NCBI GenBank assembly: GCA_030141605.1
Contig: JAQGDQ010001071.1
Coordinates: forward strand, 1-64,000
Length of the DNA stretch: 64,000 nucleotides
Source: Tubiluchus corallicola
Taxonomy: Eukaryota > Animalia > Priapulida
Reading direction: 5' to 3'
The translations under genes and the position numbers were made by a program. How positions within the stretch are numbered: position 1 is the first letter of the stretch; each line of letters starts with the position of its first letter. The notes under the pieces were generated by a model. It had not been told where the DNA came from, did no database searches, and saw only the letters and a program-made list of their open reading frames with translations. Of this stretch, positions 13,101-26,100 are shown piece after piece.

Positions 13101-13928
13101 ATCGGCCCGAATTTCGAGTCGAATTCGAATTGAGTTTGAAAGATTTTCGAACAAGTTTTCGAACCACTAGTAACAAGTGGTCTTACAAAGATCATGTATG
13201 CTCTTGATTTTGTACTGCAGTAAAACCACTATTAATTTGTTAAAAGTTTTGCCCAAAAACTGCAGCTAAATTATGCTAATTGCATGCTGTTTGAAACATT
13301 TTAATGATAAAGAAAGTATGTACTTAGGTTCCAATCGAATTCGAACCTAAAAACGATTCGAACGTTCTATGCTCGCCCCTACTTTTTATATTTACTTGAA
13401 GCTTAAACAAATTTCTATAACAGTTCGTCGGTGCTTTGGATCTGCTATATACACGGACGTAACACGTTGTCATGGACGCAAAGGTTCCAGTGTTCACAGT
13501 ACAGTAGTTGTCGTCAATGTCATCATCGTCATGATCATCGCCAGCACCAGGAGAAACTGATGCCATCTTCAATTCGAACGCAAATGATTCACCGCTTTAA
13601 CTACATTCGCTCTTTATCGTTAAGACGTTTGAGACATCAAGTTGCAGCAGAGTCTATTCGATTTCTTTTCGAAAATGTCTAAAACTGAATTCAACTCGAT
13701 TCGGATTCGATTGCGTTTAGCTTGACATAATCCTTTAATTGTTTGATAAGTTTTGCTTACCTTGAAGAATTTAGTTTGTTTTTTGCTTTCACTTGATGTG
13801 AGATACATTTATTGATTTTTCGTATTGCATCTTTACATTACTGTATCTGTTTTACCATAAATTTATACATATAGTATAACTATTATTATTATTATTATTA
13901 TTAATATTATTATTATTACTATTATTAC

Positions 13929-14010
<82 letters not shown>

Positions 14011-14011
14011 G

Positions 14012-14043
<32 letters not shown>

Positions 14044-14047
14044 GTTG

Positions 14048-14126
<79 letters not shown>

Positions 14127-17100
14127 TATTATTATTATTGTTATTATTATTATTATTATTACACAATGTAACTTCGTATAACAATGTAACCTCGCATTCA
14201 CAATGTAACCTCGTATTCAATTCTCAACAATTTCACACTTACTATTTTTCCGTCCTTTAAAAATTTGACTAGATTAAATATACATTTCTGCTATTTAGTA
14301 CTTAATTTAATACCAAATCTATTTTTAATACTATAATGTTTATATATGTATGTGTGTATATATGTATATATATATATATATATGCAAACACCTGAAAAAT
14401 GTCATGAGCCTGTAAGTAAACTTGTATTTTTAATAAGGGGCAGCTGACCAAGTGACCAATAGGTCTTTCGCTGCTCCTTCTCAGTTGCAATAAAATGTAA
14501 AAATAATTATGTCGAATTTTAACTGCTATTGAGAAAATAAAGTTGAATTGAACTGAATTGATTGGTTCGAGTTCGAAAGTCAAAAATTCGACTCGTTCAT
14601 GTTCGCTTTCTGATGGGAATACCTCCATTAAATATCATCACGGTTTATGACGGTTTTATTAGCCAGACGAGACGTATTTACTGTAACAGTGTGAAGTTTG
14701 CTTCTTGTATTAGCATGTATATAACATACGCAAAACCCATGAAAGCCTGGCTTAAAACGTTAGCGTTGTTTTACCTGAGTTGTCAGTATGAGAAATGACT
14801 CTGCAAAATGAATGACTTCAAACAGCGTGCACGACGGGGCTCTAATAGACGCTAATGCCACGTGGGGGCGAATCGTGACGTCACTGCTGCTGCTAAAATA
14901 GAATTTAATATTGCATTTGGTGTTTGTCAATGCCTGGGGTCAATTCCAGGAAAGCGTGGTCAGTGAAGGGTTAAAATTCTATATCCTGTCTACGAGTCTG
15001 TTACTTGTTCTGTTTCTAATGCTTGCAAAGCATAAAGGAAGACAGGATGATTTTTCATATACTACCTCATTTTCACGTACGATAAAAAGTATATATTTTA
15101 GCACAATTAGAACTGCAAAAGTGTTTCCGATAATTAAATAATAGATTAAAAACTTGATTAACGGCGGGCGAGCCTAACTATTGATAACATCACAAACTAA
15201 CATAATTTTCAAGAGCAAAAATATTTCACGAGATTGTTGCATGTGTTTGCGAAAGCAAAAATTGAAGTACAGTGCTACTGTAAGATATTCAGCGTGTTGT
15301 ACTAAAACTAGGCAAGTTTTAAGATAAAAATTCAAATTTCAAATTTGCCGCTGTGCCCACACATGAGCTGTCAAACGTGTGCAGTACATCACAAACTAAC
15401 ACACCTGCAACAGAGGTACAAAAACTGAACTGTTTCCGAAATGCAAGCGCCAGTGCCCGTCTAACTAGCGAACGGCGAAATGCATGTAACAGCGAAGAAC
15501 TAGTGGTGCGAACGTGAAATTGTGTTTGTGTGGTAATAACTCTTTCACGTAAGTCATTTAGAAAAAATAGTATGTTTCCCTTAAATATTTTAAAGAGTAG
15601 GTTGTTTTGAACTACGATTTAACATTGGGTTCGGTTCTGCTTTAAACTAACAGGATCTTTAATCCTTTGATAAGTTATATTTACATACTTTACAGAGGTG
15701 TAAATTAATTTAACTGGCTTCTTACTTGTAAAAGTTGATCATTAAGACTAATTATTCGGGCGAGAAAAGGTTACATTCAGATTAACTATTAAAATCGTTA
15801 TAAATATTTGTCGTAATTCAGAAAATATAATTAACTTAGGCTGTCACATCATCATATAGGCAATTTTTGCATTAACAGTAAAATAATTAATTTCATTAAC
15901 TGACATTAATGTTTTTAGCTGTTGTGTTCATCACGTTGCTTTTACATTGCACGTCTTTAACGTGCCACCTGCCAACAATATAAGTTATTGAAATAAAGAC
16001 ATCAACTGTAAAGGAGAACGTGTTTTCGATCACATTGACCTTGACCCTTGTGACCTGAGAGTTAACGAAAATGTGTGATTTGATCGCACTGACCCTGACC
16101 CTTGTGACCTAAGAATTAAGGAAAATCTGTGATTCAATCGCACTGACCCTGACCCTTGTGACCTTAAGAATTAAAGAAAATGTATGATTCAGTTGCACTG
16201 ACCCTGACCCTTTTGTGACCCAAGAATTAAGGAAAATGTGAGATTCAACTGCACTGATCTTGACCCTTGTTATCTGAGATTTTAAAAAAACTTATAATTC
16301 GACGACACTGACCTTGACCTTTATGACCTTGGGTCATTGCTGATATATCAACACAGTTTCGCCATCTCTATATATTGCTGCATAGGTTTATTTTTCTAGT
16401 TTTTCTAAATTCTAGTCCAAGAATAAAAAGATTGTGCGACAAAACACTCTGATATCTGTAAATCGAATTTTAGATTTTTAACCCTCGTGTCAGGGCTGTA
16501 GACGGGCCGGAGATTAATCTGCTTTTGCAGGAACAGCTGTTAGCGGCGACGGGCTTCGCGGGGTAATTTACCAAGTTAGCTATCATAACATATTTAAGTG
16601 ATTTAGGATGAGGAATGACGTAGTGATGACGTCAGTGCAGCAAGTTTTCTGGTTTAGAAAAAACAGAGGTAGATTCTGCGCTTGTGTTTAAATGACTTTT
16701 TGGCTTATTTCTTGAATGCAAGCGTCTTAGTTGTTTCTAACCAGCTTTTAAAATACCCTGAAAAACAAATACTGGCTAATCTAGCACTTTTTGCACTAAT
16801 CGTAATTGTTGTACATTAAAAGGGGGCACTGTCAGCTGCCTGTCATGGTGGAGCGGCTGCGTAAAAGAATGTAAATTTACTGGTTTCTGCTTTGTAGCTT
16901 TAAAGTTGACGTTGAACGAACTTATCGACAAGAGCAGCGTATTAATGAATTACGAAGAAAAGTGGCTCCGAGAAAATAAATTTTGCTATTCCTTCTTTGT
17001 AAGGACGTTCTATTAGTCTTTTAATTTTTCTCTTGTATGGACTAGTAAACGGCCAAAAGAGACGTTCTATTAGTTTTTTCATTTTTCTCTTGTATGGACT

Positions 17101-20100
17101 AGTAAACGGCCAAAAGAGACGTTCTATTAGTCTTTTCATTTTTCTCTTGTAAGGACTAGTAAACGGCCTAAAGAGACGTTCTATTAGTCTTTTCATTTTT
17201 CTCTTGTATGGACTAGTAAACGGGCAAAAGAGACGTTCTATTAGTCTTTTCATTTTCTTCTTATAAGGACTAGTAAACGGGCAGATTTTCTCGACAAATT
17301 TCTACCAGAAATCGATCAAACTGACAAAATTATTTGGAAAATTTTGTGCTTTTGAAGCAATAAGATTGCATCCTGGTTTAATGATGTTTGGCGTCAGCCA
17401 CTAGCTCGGCCGTGGAAATCAGAAATTACCCGCAAAAGCAACGCAAAGCAGCAGCCTCCGTTCTTCTGCACTCGTTTAAAGGAAAGAATGAGTCACTCAG
17501 TATGTTGGGTTTATGTTACTGTTATCACTTAAACTGTTTGTGGTGTGCTAGAGGAAAGAACGAGTCACTCAGTATGTTGGGTTTATTTTACTGTAATCAT
17601 TTAAACTGTTTGTGGTGTGCTAGAGGAAAGAACGAGTCACTCAGTATGTTGGGTTTATTTTACTGTTATCACTTAAACTGTTTGTGGTGTGCTAGAGGAA
17701 AGAACAAGTCACTCAGTATGTTGGGTTTATTTTACTGTTATCACTTAAACTGTTTGTGGTGTGCTAGAGGAAAGAACGAGTCACTCAGTATGTTGGGTTT
17801 ATTTTACTGTTATCACTTAAACTGTTTGTGGTGTGCTAAAGGAAAGAACGAGTCACTCAGTATGTTGAGTTTATTGTACTGTTATCACTTAAACTATTTG
17901 TGGTGTGCTAAATAAAAGAACAAGTCACTCAGTATGTTGGGTTTATTTTACTGTTATCACTTAAACTGTTTGTGGTGTGCTAGAGGAAAGAACAAGTCAC
18001 TCAGTATGTTGGGTTTATTTTACTGTTATCACTTAAACTGTTTGTGGTGTGCTAAAGGAAAGAACAAGTCACTCAGTATGTTGAGTTTATTTTACTGTTA
18101 TCACTTAAACTATTTGTGGTGTGCTAAAGGAAAGAACAAGTCACTCAGTATGTTGGGTTTATTTTACTGTAATCATTAAAACTTAGAAAAATACAACAAA
18201 GAAATTTGCAAAGAACTGTCTATAAAGCATAAATCTACCTCTGAATAGAAATTTTCAGGCGTGGCGGTTGCTGCTACTCACTTGAAAATCGTGACGTAAC
18301 TAGGAGACTTCGTGACTTTTCGTAAGCGCGTCGGAGCCTCCCGTAAGCGCGCGCAGCTTAAACTAATTCAAACTTCTGCAGCTTGCCTACAGTTCACGCG
18401 AAAATATCAAAAGAATTAAAGAAAAAAGATTTATTATATTAAATATTATCGATAATAATGAGTGAAAACAGGGGGTGCTGCAGTTCCACAGTACCACGTT
18501 GTGACGCGGACAGGCTGAGACCACTCTACGTCTCTTTTATAATAAATAAATATATATAAATATATAATATAATATAAATATAATATAAATATATAATAAA
18601 GGTTGCATATAATATATCAACACGGAAGCTGTTTAACTTTTCATATGATACGAGCGCAAGATATATTTCTACTAGACTTAATATTATTTATATGTTATTC
18701 ACAGAAAATGTGCATACAGTTTATACGTCAGGCTGAATAACAGTGAGAATTTTATATGCAAGAGCATTTTAAACAGTGATGCAAACTTTACTTCTGTAAT
18801 TAGACGTCATTGGCGTAGTTTGTTATATCATTAATTGTTATTTGTGTTATTGTTGTGTTTCATGATTTATTGTATTATTTGTATTAATTTGTGATGTGTT
18901 TATGAACTTTGTGAAGTTTGAAATAAAATATTGAATCTAAATCTATGTCTAATCTTTTGTCAAATTTTTTCAAATTTTTCTTGCATTTGAGCTTTTCAGC
19001 TTCTTGGCCCTTCATTTGCAAGCATGTTCAGCACAGTGGATCACGTTTGCAAACGTTTCTGATTTCTTAGTGAGTCTAAATACGATTATGACTCGATGTT
19101 GAACTAGGTCAACTGTCGTTCAAACTGATCAGAATTACTGGGAAAATGCTACGATTACGTTTCCTGCAATTAAAGCGTTTCTTAGTACACAAGCTCGTAA
19201 TAGCAGAATTGCGACTGCACCTGTCGGGTGTTTCTCCATAGATTCTCTTGTAAAAACTGTTTCAACTGTGATGAATAGCAAGCTGTCGAAATGAAGCCAT
19301 CGAGTTTTTGGCGAAGCCAGTGGTTTTGCGCGATCTGAACTCTTGCCGATTAACCAAGAGTGAAAATTATAACAGTCGGTTGTGCTATTAATTATATTTT
19401 TTGCCCTAAAGATGCAACCGTCAATAAATTGGCTTCTGACTGCTTGGCTTCTCTGCATCCCAAGTAATGATATTGCTGTATACTTGTGATTGATGTTGTC
19501 ATGTATTTTGGCGTGAAAATAAATTAATAAACTACACAAATCTAAACACAACTAATTGACAGGGACGTATTAACCAATAGGCTAACTAGGCTATGCTAGG
19601 GCGTCAAAGTTTGAGAGGCGTCACATTTTAGAAAAAATTCTTATCCTCCTTTGGAAAATGTGTATACATTTAAATGCGCATTCTACAACACACCGCAGCA
19701 GCTTTTTTATGTGCCACATAACGAACAGGTGTAAGGTATTACACAACAAGCAGTTGCGCAGCCTGCTTGAATATAAGCGCTATGCAAGTACACGTAATTA
19801 ATAATGACCACGTAGAAAGTAGGTTAGTAATGTTTCTAATACACCACAAGTAATTGTTTTATCTGCTCGATACACGAATAAGCATAAATTCATAACAGCG
19901 ATAGACGGTACAGAACTATGTGGCTATATGTGCAGAAGTTGATACGCCGCTGTTAATTAAACATTGAACAACTGGAATTGATCGACGGTACACATTGCTT
20001 GCCTTAGAAAGGCCAGTTTTCTGGCCTTACTGATGATATTAGGCGAGTACTGCGTTCCACTACATCTACCAGTCTGCCAGAAAAAAAACCCCAATCCATT

Positions 20101-23100
20101 CCCATCCTAATTAACACTGCATTCTAGCCTTTGACTTGCCATCCCTTATTTGCGTTAGTACCTTGAAGCCTGAATGGATTTCTAAGAATAAATTTGTAAA
20201 AATTATAAATATAAATAAACTACTACAATTATTATCATCAGTTTTCTTTTAGTAATGATATAATCAGTAATGATTATAGAGAATAATTGCTGCATGTGTG
20301 AGTGCATCTACATCTGATTTGTGTCATTGAAAATTTCAGTACATTGAGCTAAATTTTGCAGATCAGTTAAACAAAAATTAGTCGTAAATATGATGAAAGT
20401 TATTCTGCTTACGAAGCTGTAAAAATTGAAATATTTTTGATTATCTTGTTTTTTGATAATATATTAGCAAATCTAATTATAACTGGCACTGTCACAGTTT
20501 TCTAGTGTAACTAGCGCCATCTTTCAATGGAAATATGAAAATTTCCAGATGAATGCTTTTAAACTAAACACATTTTTTGCTTTTCTTTTCCATGTCGTCT
20601 GCTGTGGATTTGCCTGCTGACGAAAAACGACATTTCGATTATCACGACAACACGGTCATTTGTGGGAATAATCAAACCACGAAATCATGACAATCATTGG
20701 TGATTTCATGAATATGCAGAGGACAAAGTCCATCGATTGTGGACACAATTTGGTGCCGCCTATGGAGATGACGAGACGGGAGAGTAGCGACATGCGCAGT
20801 AAGGTGACCGTTAAATCCGACGGCAGCGCCATGACGGATTTGACGGGTAGCGCCCCCACTAGTCCAGATAGTGCAATACCCAATGGAAACGCGCCAGGGG
20901 ACACAACGTCTCCCACATCACCAGAGTCCCTCCCCAGTCCCAGTGAGAGCGTAAAGAGAGATTTGATGGCAGAGGCGATCCCAGAAGAGGGGTCTGATGA
21001 CGTGAATCAGGTAACAATTTACTGTAAATTTTCATGCTGTGGAAGTAAAAATGTTGTTGCTAGATTGCATACATGATAAAATCTGTTGCACACTGAACGG
21101 GGTAAATTCCAGAGTTCTGCATCTCACCACCATCATCATCATCATACGTCCGCCACGTCTATTGTAGACATTGGGCAGGCAGAATTCTAAAATAAAAGAA
21201 ATCTGCCTTCAGACAGGTAAACGCAGCAGTAACCCAGCAGAAAAATCTAAACACTGCTACGCCAGTGGCTTGTCAGCACCACTTCCGTTAAAGTTCTGGA
21301 CTTTCTGGACCTGTGAAGCAAACATTACTGCCCTCTAGTGCCCTGGATAGTATAAAGAAAGACCAAAGAAAAAAGATAATATTAAATATTATCGATAACA
21401 GTGAATGAAAATGGGGGTGCTGCAGTACCATGGTACCTACATACGAGCTGCCACTGTTGGCTAGACTGGGATTCACAGGCAATCAAAATGATGCAATCAT
21501 TAAATCCAAAATGCTGCATGCTAGCAGTACACTCGCTACATCTGCAACAAGTCAATTATTGCGTTTTACAATAAGAAAAATTCAATTCATTTTGTCTGCA
21601 CAATTGATGGTTAACGCCAGAATACACGTGTTTTCTCTCGTTCAAAAATTAATTTTTGCAAGTGAGATTTCGCAAAAACCACCTTGTAGATTATTGGAAA
21701 ACATACGAACAAACAATGAGAGTAAATTTTGCCCAACCGTAATGTAAACATTCAAAACACGTTATCCAACTCTTTAGTGACGATTGTGGGGTGAAGTGTT
21801 GCCATCAAATTTGCAACATCCACTTTGTCTGTTCAGCATAAATGGATTACGGGCTGGATTAATGCATAAGCAGACCAAGAACCAGGTCTAGACTCAGGGG
21901 GCACCAAGCTGATAAAAATTGAATTGAAATGAAGTGAATTGAAAGTCATTTGATAAGCAACATTTGTTCGAAAACCCCAAATTGTTGAGGCTTCATTCAT
22001 GCACCACAATACAACAAAATACGAGTTATACAATTGCAAATTAACAATGCATTGCAGTGCTATGAGCGTAGCAGAAGAAATTCACTTATGAGGTACTGCA
22101 TTGCCATCCCAGTGTGCCTCACTGGTTCACCACAAAACGCATTACCTATCTTATTGACGATATATAACAAAGTAAGTTAAACGTTTACTTAGTCAGCAAA
22201 GAGTGTGCTACGAATGCTCTGATTATTTTTTTCAACTTTTGCGCAATGTAATCTAAACTTGTTTCAAACGGCTTACCGTTAAAATGTTTGCGCCTGACAC
22301 GGTCGTCACGGAATAAATTTATAATTTTACACATTGTTGCTGCTGACGCAAGCACTGTGCGCAATGAGACAACGTAAATGATATAAAATTTCATTTTTAA
22401 GTTTTGTTTGTTTAAGAATGGTTTCTTGCACAAATCTACACGGTTAACAAGGAATCACTTCAACACAGATTGCTGCTAAAATTAGGCGTAATTATAGCAT
22501 AAATAAACCTCTTTTCAGAAGGGCAGAATAAGCCTGCTTATTTTCGTAGCACAGAGTTGCATGATTTCTCTGCGTTCATAAATAAAGACCTTCGACTATA
22601 AATGTTCGTCTTCTGCCACAGTTTTTTTTTTGCATTAGCTTCGCATCCAGCTCGGATAATGAGTAACATATTGGAATGCCATCGCAGGCAATCTGTGTAA
22701 ATTTTAAAATTCAAATTATTAGATGGTCCCCCTTCACTTTCCGTAATCCAATAAATACCAGTTAAGCTATCATTTGGAACAACACTAGACTAACCTCAGT
22801 TCAGTAAGAAATGGCAGAGTGTGACGTAAGTGATACATAAACTTGATAAAATCGTAAACAAAAAATATTGTTTCCTTACGAATAGTGAAAACGGTTTTCT
22901 GATTTGCTTATAAACGGCAAGTCTCCTATCTCGTTTTCCCGTGTCAGTCAATTTTCAAATTCCCAAGATTCGTGTTTCCATAAACCGACAATCTCAGTTG
23001 CAGTAAAGCCTTTGTCAAATTCTCGTTTTATCAAACGTAAAATAAATTTTATGAAACAAAAAGCCATAATACTTTTCCTGATAGCCTTTCATCTGATGCA

Positions 23101-26100
23101 AAGATCTTCTTCTCTTTGATGATGGTTTCATATTAACATCCATTCACTTCTCATCGTCTTTAATGACCGCTAATTCGCTGCAATGATTTTCATCGCTCTC
23201 TTGCACATGGCAGCATTATGCTGGGCCTTGTTGACGAATCAATCATCTTTTCATGAGCAAGATCTAAATGAAATTTCATGTTTCAAGGTGTAGGACATTG
23301 CATCATTATGCTGGGCCTTTTTGATGAATCAGTCATCGTCTCATGAGCGAGATCTAAATGAAATTTCATGTTTCAAGGGGTAGGACATGGCAGCATTATG
23401 CTGGGCCTTGTTGATGAATCAATCATCTTTTCATGAGCGAGATCTAAATGAAATTTCATGTTTCAAGGGGTAGCACATGGCAGCATTATGCTGGGCCTTG
23501 TTGATGAATCAATCATCTTTTCATGAGCGAGATCTAAATGAAATTTCATGTTTCAAGTGGTAGGACATGGCAGCATTATGCTGGGCCTTGTTGATGAATC
23601 AGTCATCGTCTCATGAGCAAGATCTAAATGAAATTTCATGTTTCAAGGTGTAGCACATGGCAGCATTATGCTGGGCCTTGTTGATGAATCAGTCATCGTC
23701 TCATGAGCAAGATCTAAATGAAATTTCATGTTTCAAGGGGTAGGACATGGCAGCATTATGCTGGGCCTTGTTGATGAATCAATCATCTTTTCATGAGCGA
23801 GATCTAAATGAAATTTCATGTTTCAAGGGGTAGCACATGGCAGCATTATGCTGGGCCTTGTTGATGAATCAATCATCTTTTCATGAGCGAGATCTAAATG
23901 AAATTTCATGTTTCAAGTGGTAGGACATGGCAGCATTATGCTGGGCCTTGTTGATGAATCAGTCATCGTCTCATGAGCAAGATCTAAATGAAATTTCATG
24001 TTTCAAGGTGTAGCACATGGCAGCATTATGCTGGGCCTTGTTGATGAATCAGTCATCGTCTCATGAGCAAGATCTAAATGAAATTTCATGTTTCAAGGGG
24101 TAGGACATGGCAGCATTATGCTGGGCCTTGTTGATGAATCAATCATCTTTTCATGAGCGAGATCTAAATGAAATTTCATGTTTCAAGGGGTAGCACATGG
24201 CAGCATTATGCTGGGCCTTGTTGATGAATCAATCATCTTTTCATGAGCGAGATCTAAATGAAATTTCATGTTTCAAGGTGTAGGACATGGCAGCATTATG
24301 CTGGGCTTTGTTGATGAATCAGTCATCTTCTCATGAGCGAGATCTAAATGAAATTTCATGTTTCAAGGTGTAGGACCTTTTCGCAACATCATTTATTGTA
24401 AAAGTGAGAGTCTTTAGGTTTAGCAATGCTTATATGTGAGGCCGTACTAGTGGCGGCTCCTGTATAGTTACTGTGGAACTGCATGTGAATACCAGTGAAA
24501 AAGCCTTCTGTATGGGGAACTAACAGAAGGGACACGCCCCATTGGACGCCCTAAGCTAAGATACAAGGCTACCTGTAAAAGCGCTTTGAAATGTGGAGAA
24601 GTTCTGGATGAATGGCAAAGAATCGTAGAAAATCGACCATCGTGGAAAACAACAGTATAGAAAACGTGTAATAAAGAAGACATTTGAAATGATCGAAGAG
24701 GTGTTGGTTCAGAGAAAAAGTGCAGAAGTTCAACCAATGAACGTGGTTTCTTAAAGACATGCAAAAAAGAAGGCATTTGAAATGATCGAAGATGTGTTGG
24801 TTCAGAGAAAAAGTGCAGAAGTTCAACCAATGAACATGGTTTCTTAAAGACATGCAAAAAAGAAGGCATTTGAAATGATCGAAGATGTGTTGGTTCAGAG
24901 AAAAAGTGCAGAAGTTCAACCAATGAACGTGGTTTCTTAAAGACATGCAAAAAAGAAGGGATTTGAAATGATCGAAGATGTGTTGGTTCAGAGAAAAAGT
25001 GCAGAAGTTCATCACAAGTAGCATGCAAACATAAACCAGAAGAGGTAATAGAATTAAATGGTTCTGATCAAGATTAGATCCTGCTATCCTCAAATCTGGT
25101 TAGAAAAACACAAGTCTACAACATACACATTGTTTTTTCGGAAGCAAATAATACATTCAGCTCAACGCACATTCTGTATACATTGTTTTTTAAGAAATAA
25201 TCATTCATTAACACATTCTCTATCATTGTTTTTCGGGCAAACTGCATTCACTACCAATTTTATAATTGTTTTTGAAGCAAACAATGCATTCACTCAACAA
25301 CTCTGTATACATTGTTTTTCGGAAGCAAATATCATTCAGCTCAACGCACATTCTGTATACATTGTTTTTTCGCTAGCAAACAATGCAGTCATCTCAACGC
25401 ACATTCTCTATACATTGTTTTTCGCTAGCAAACAATGCATTCAGCTCAACACACATTCTCTATACATTGTTTTTTCGGAAGCAAACAATGCATTTATCTC
25501 AACACACATTCTCTATACATTGTTTTTTTCGGAAGCAAATAATGCATTCAGCTCAACACACATTCTCTATACATTGTTTTTTCGGAAGCAAACAATGCAT
25601 TCAGCTCAACACACATTCTGTATACATTGTTTTTTTGGAAGCAAATAATGCATTCATCTCAACACACATTCTCTATACATTGTTTTTTCGGAAGCAAACA
25701 ATGCATTCAGCTCAACACACTTTCTGTATACATTGTTTTTTGGAAGCAAATAATACATTCATCTCAACACACATTCTCTATACAATGTTTTTTCGGAAGC
25801 AAACAATGCATTCAGCTCAACACACATTCTCTACACATTGTTTTTCGGAAGCAAACAATGCATTCAGCTCAACACACATTCTCTACACATTGTTTTTCGG
25901 AAGCAAACAATGCATTCAGCTCAACACACATTCTCTATACATTGTTTTTTCGGAAACAAATAATGCATTCATCTCAACACACATTCTCTACACATTGTTT
26001 TTTCGGAAGCAAATAATGCATTCATCTCAACACACATTCTCTACACATTGTTTTTTCGGAAGCAAACAATGCATTCATCTCAACACACACATTCTCTATA

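Noticed and set aside
13852-14260. Poly-N/I/L ORFs
   Set aside because: (ATT)n microsatellite.
17388-18179. Cys-rich repetitive ORFs resembling a metal-binding protein
   Set aside because: Translation of a 57-bp minisatellite, interrupted by a stop, with no supporting splice sites.
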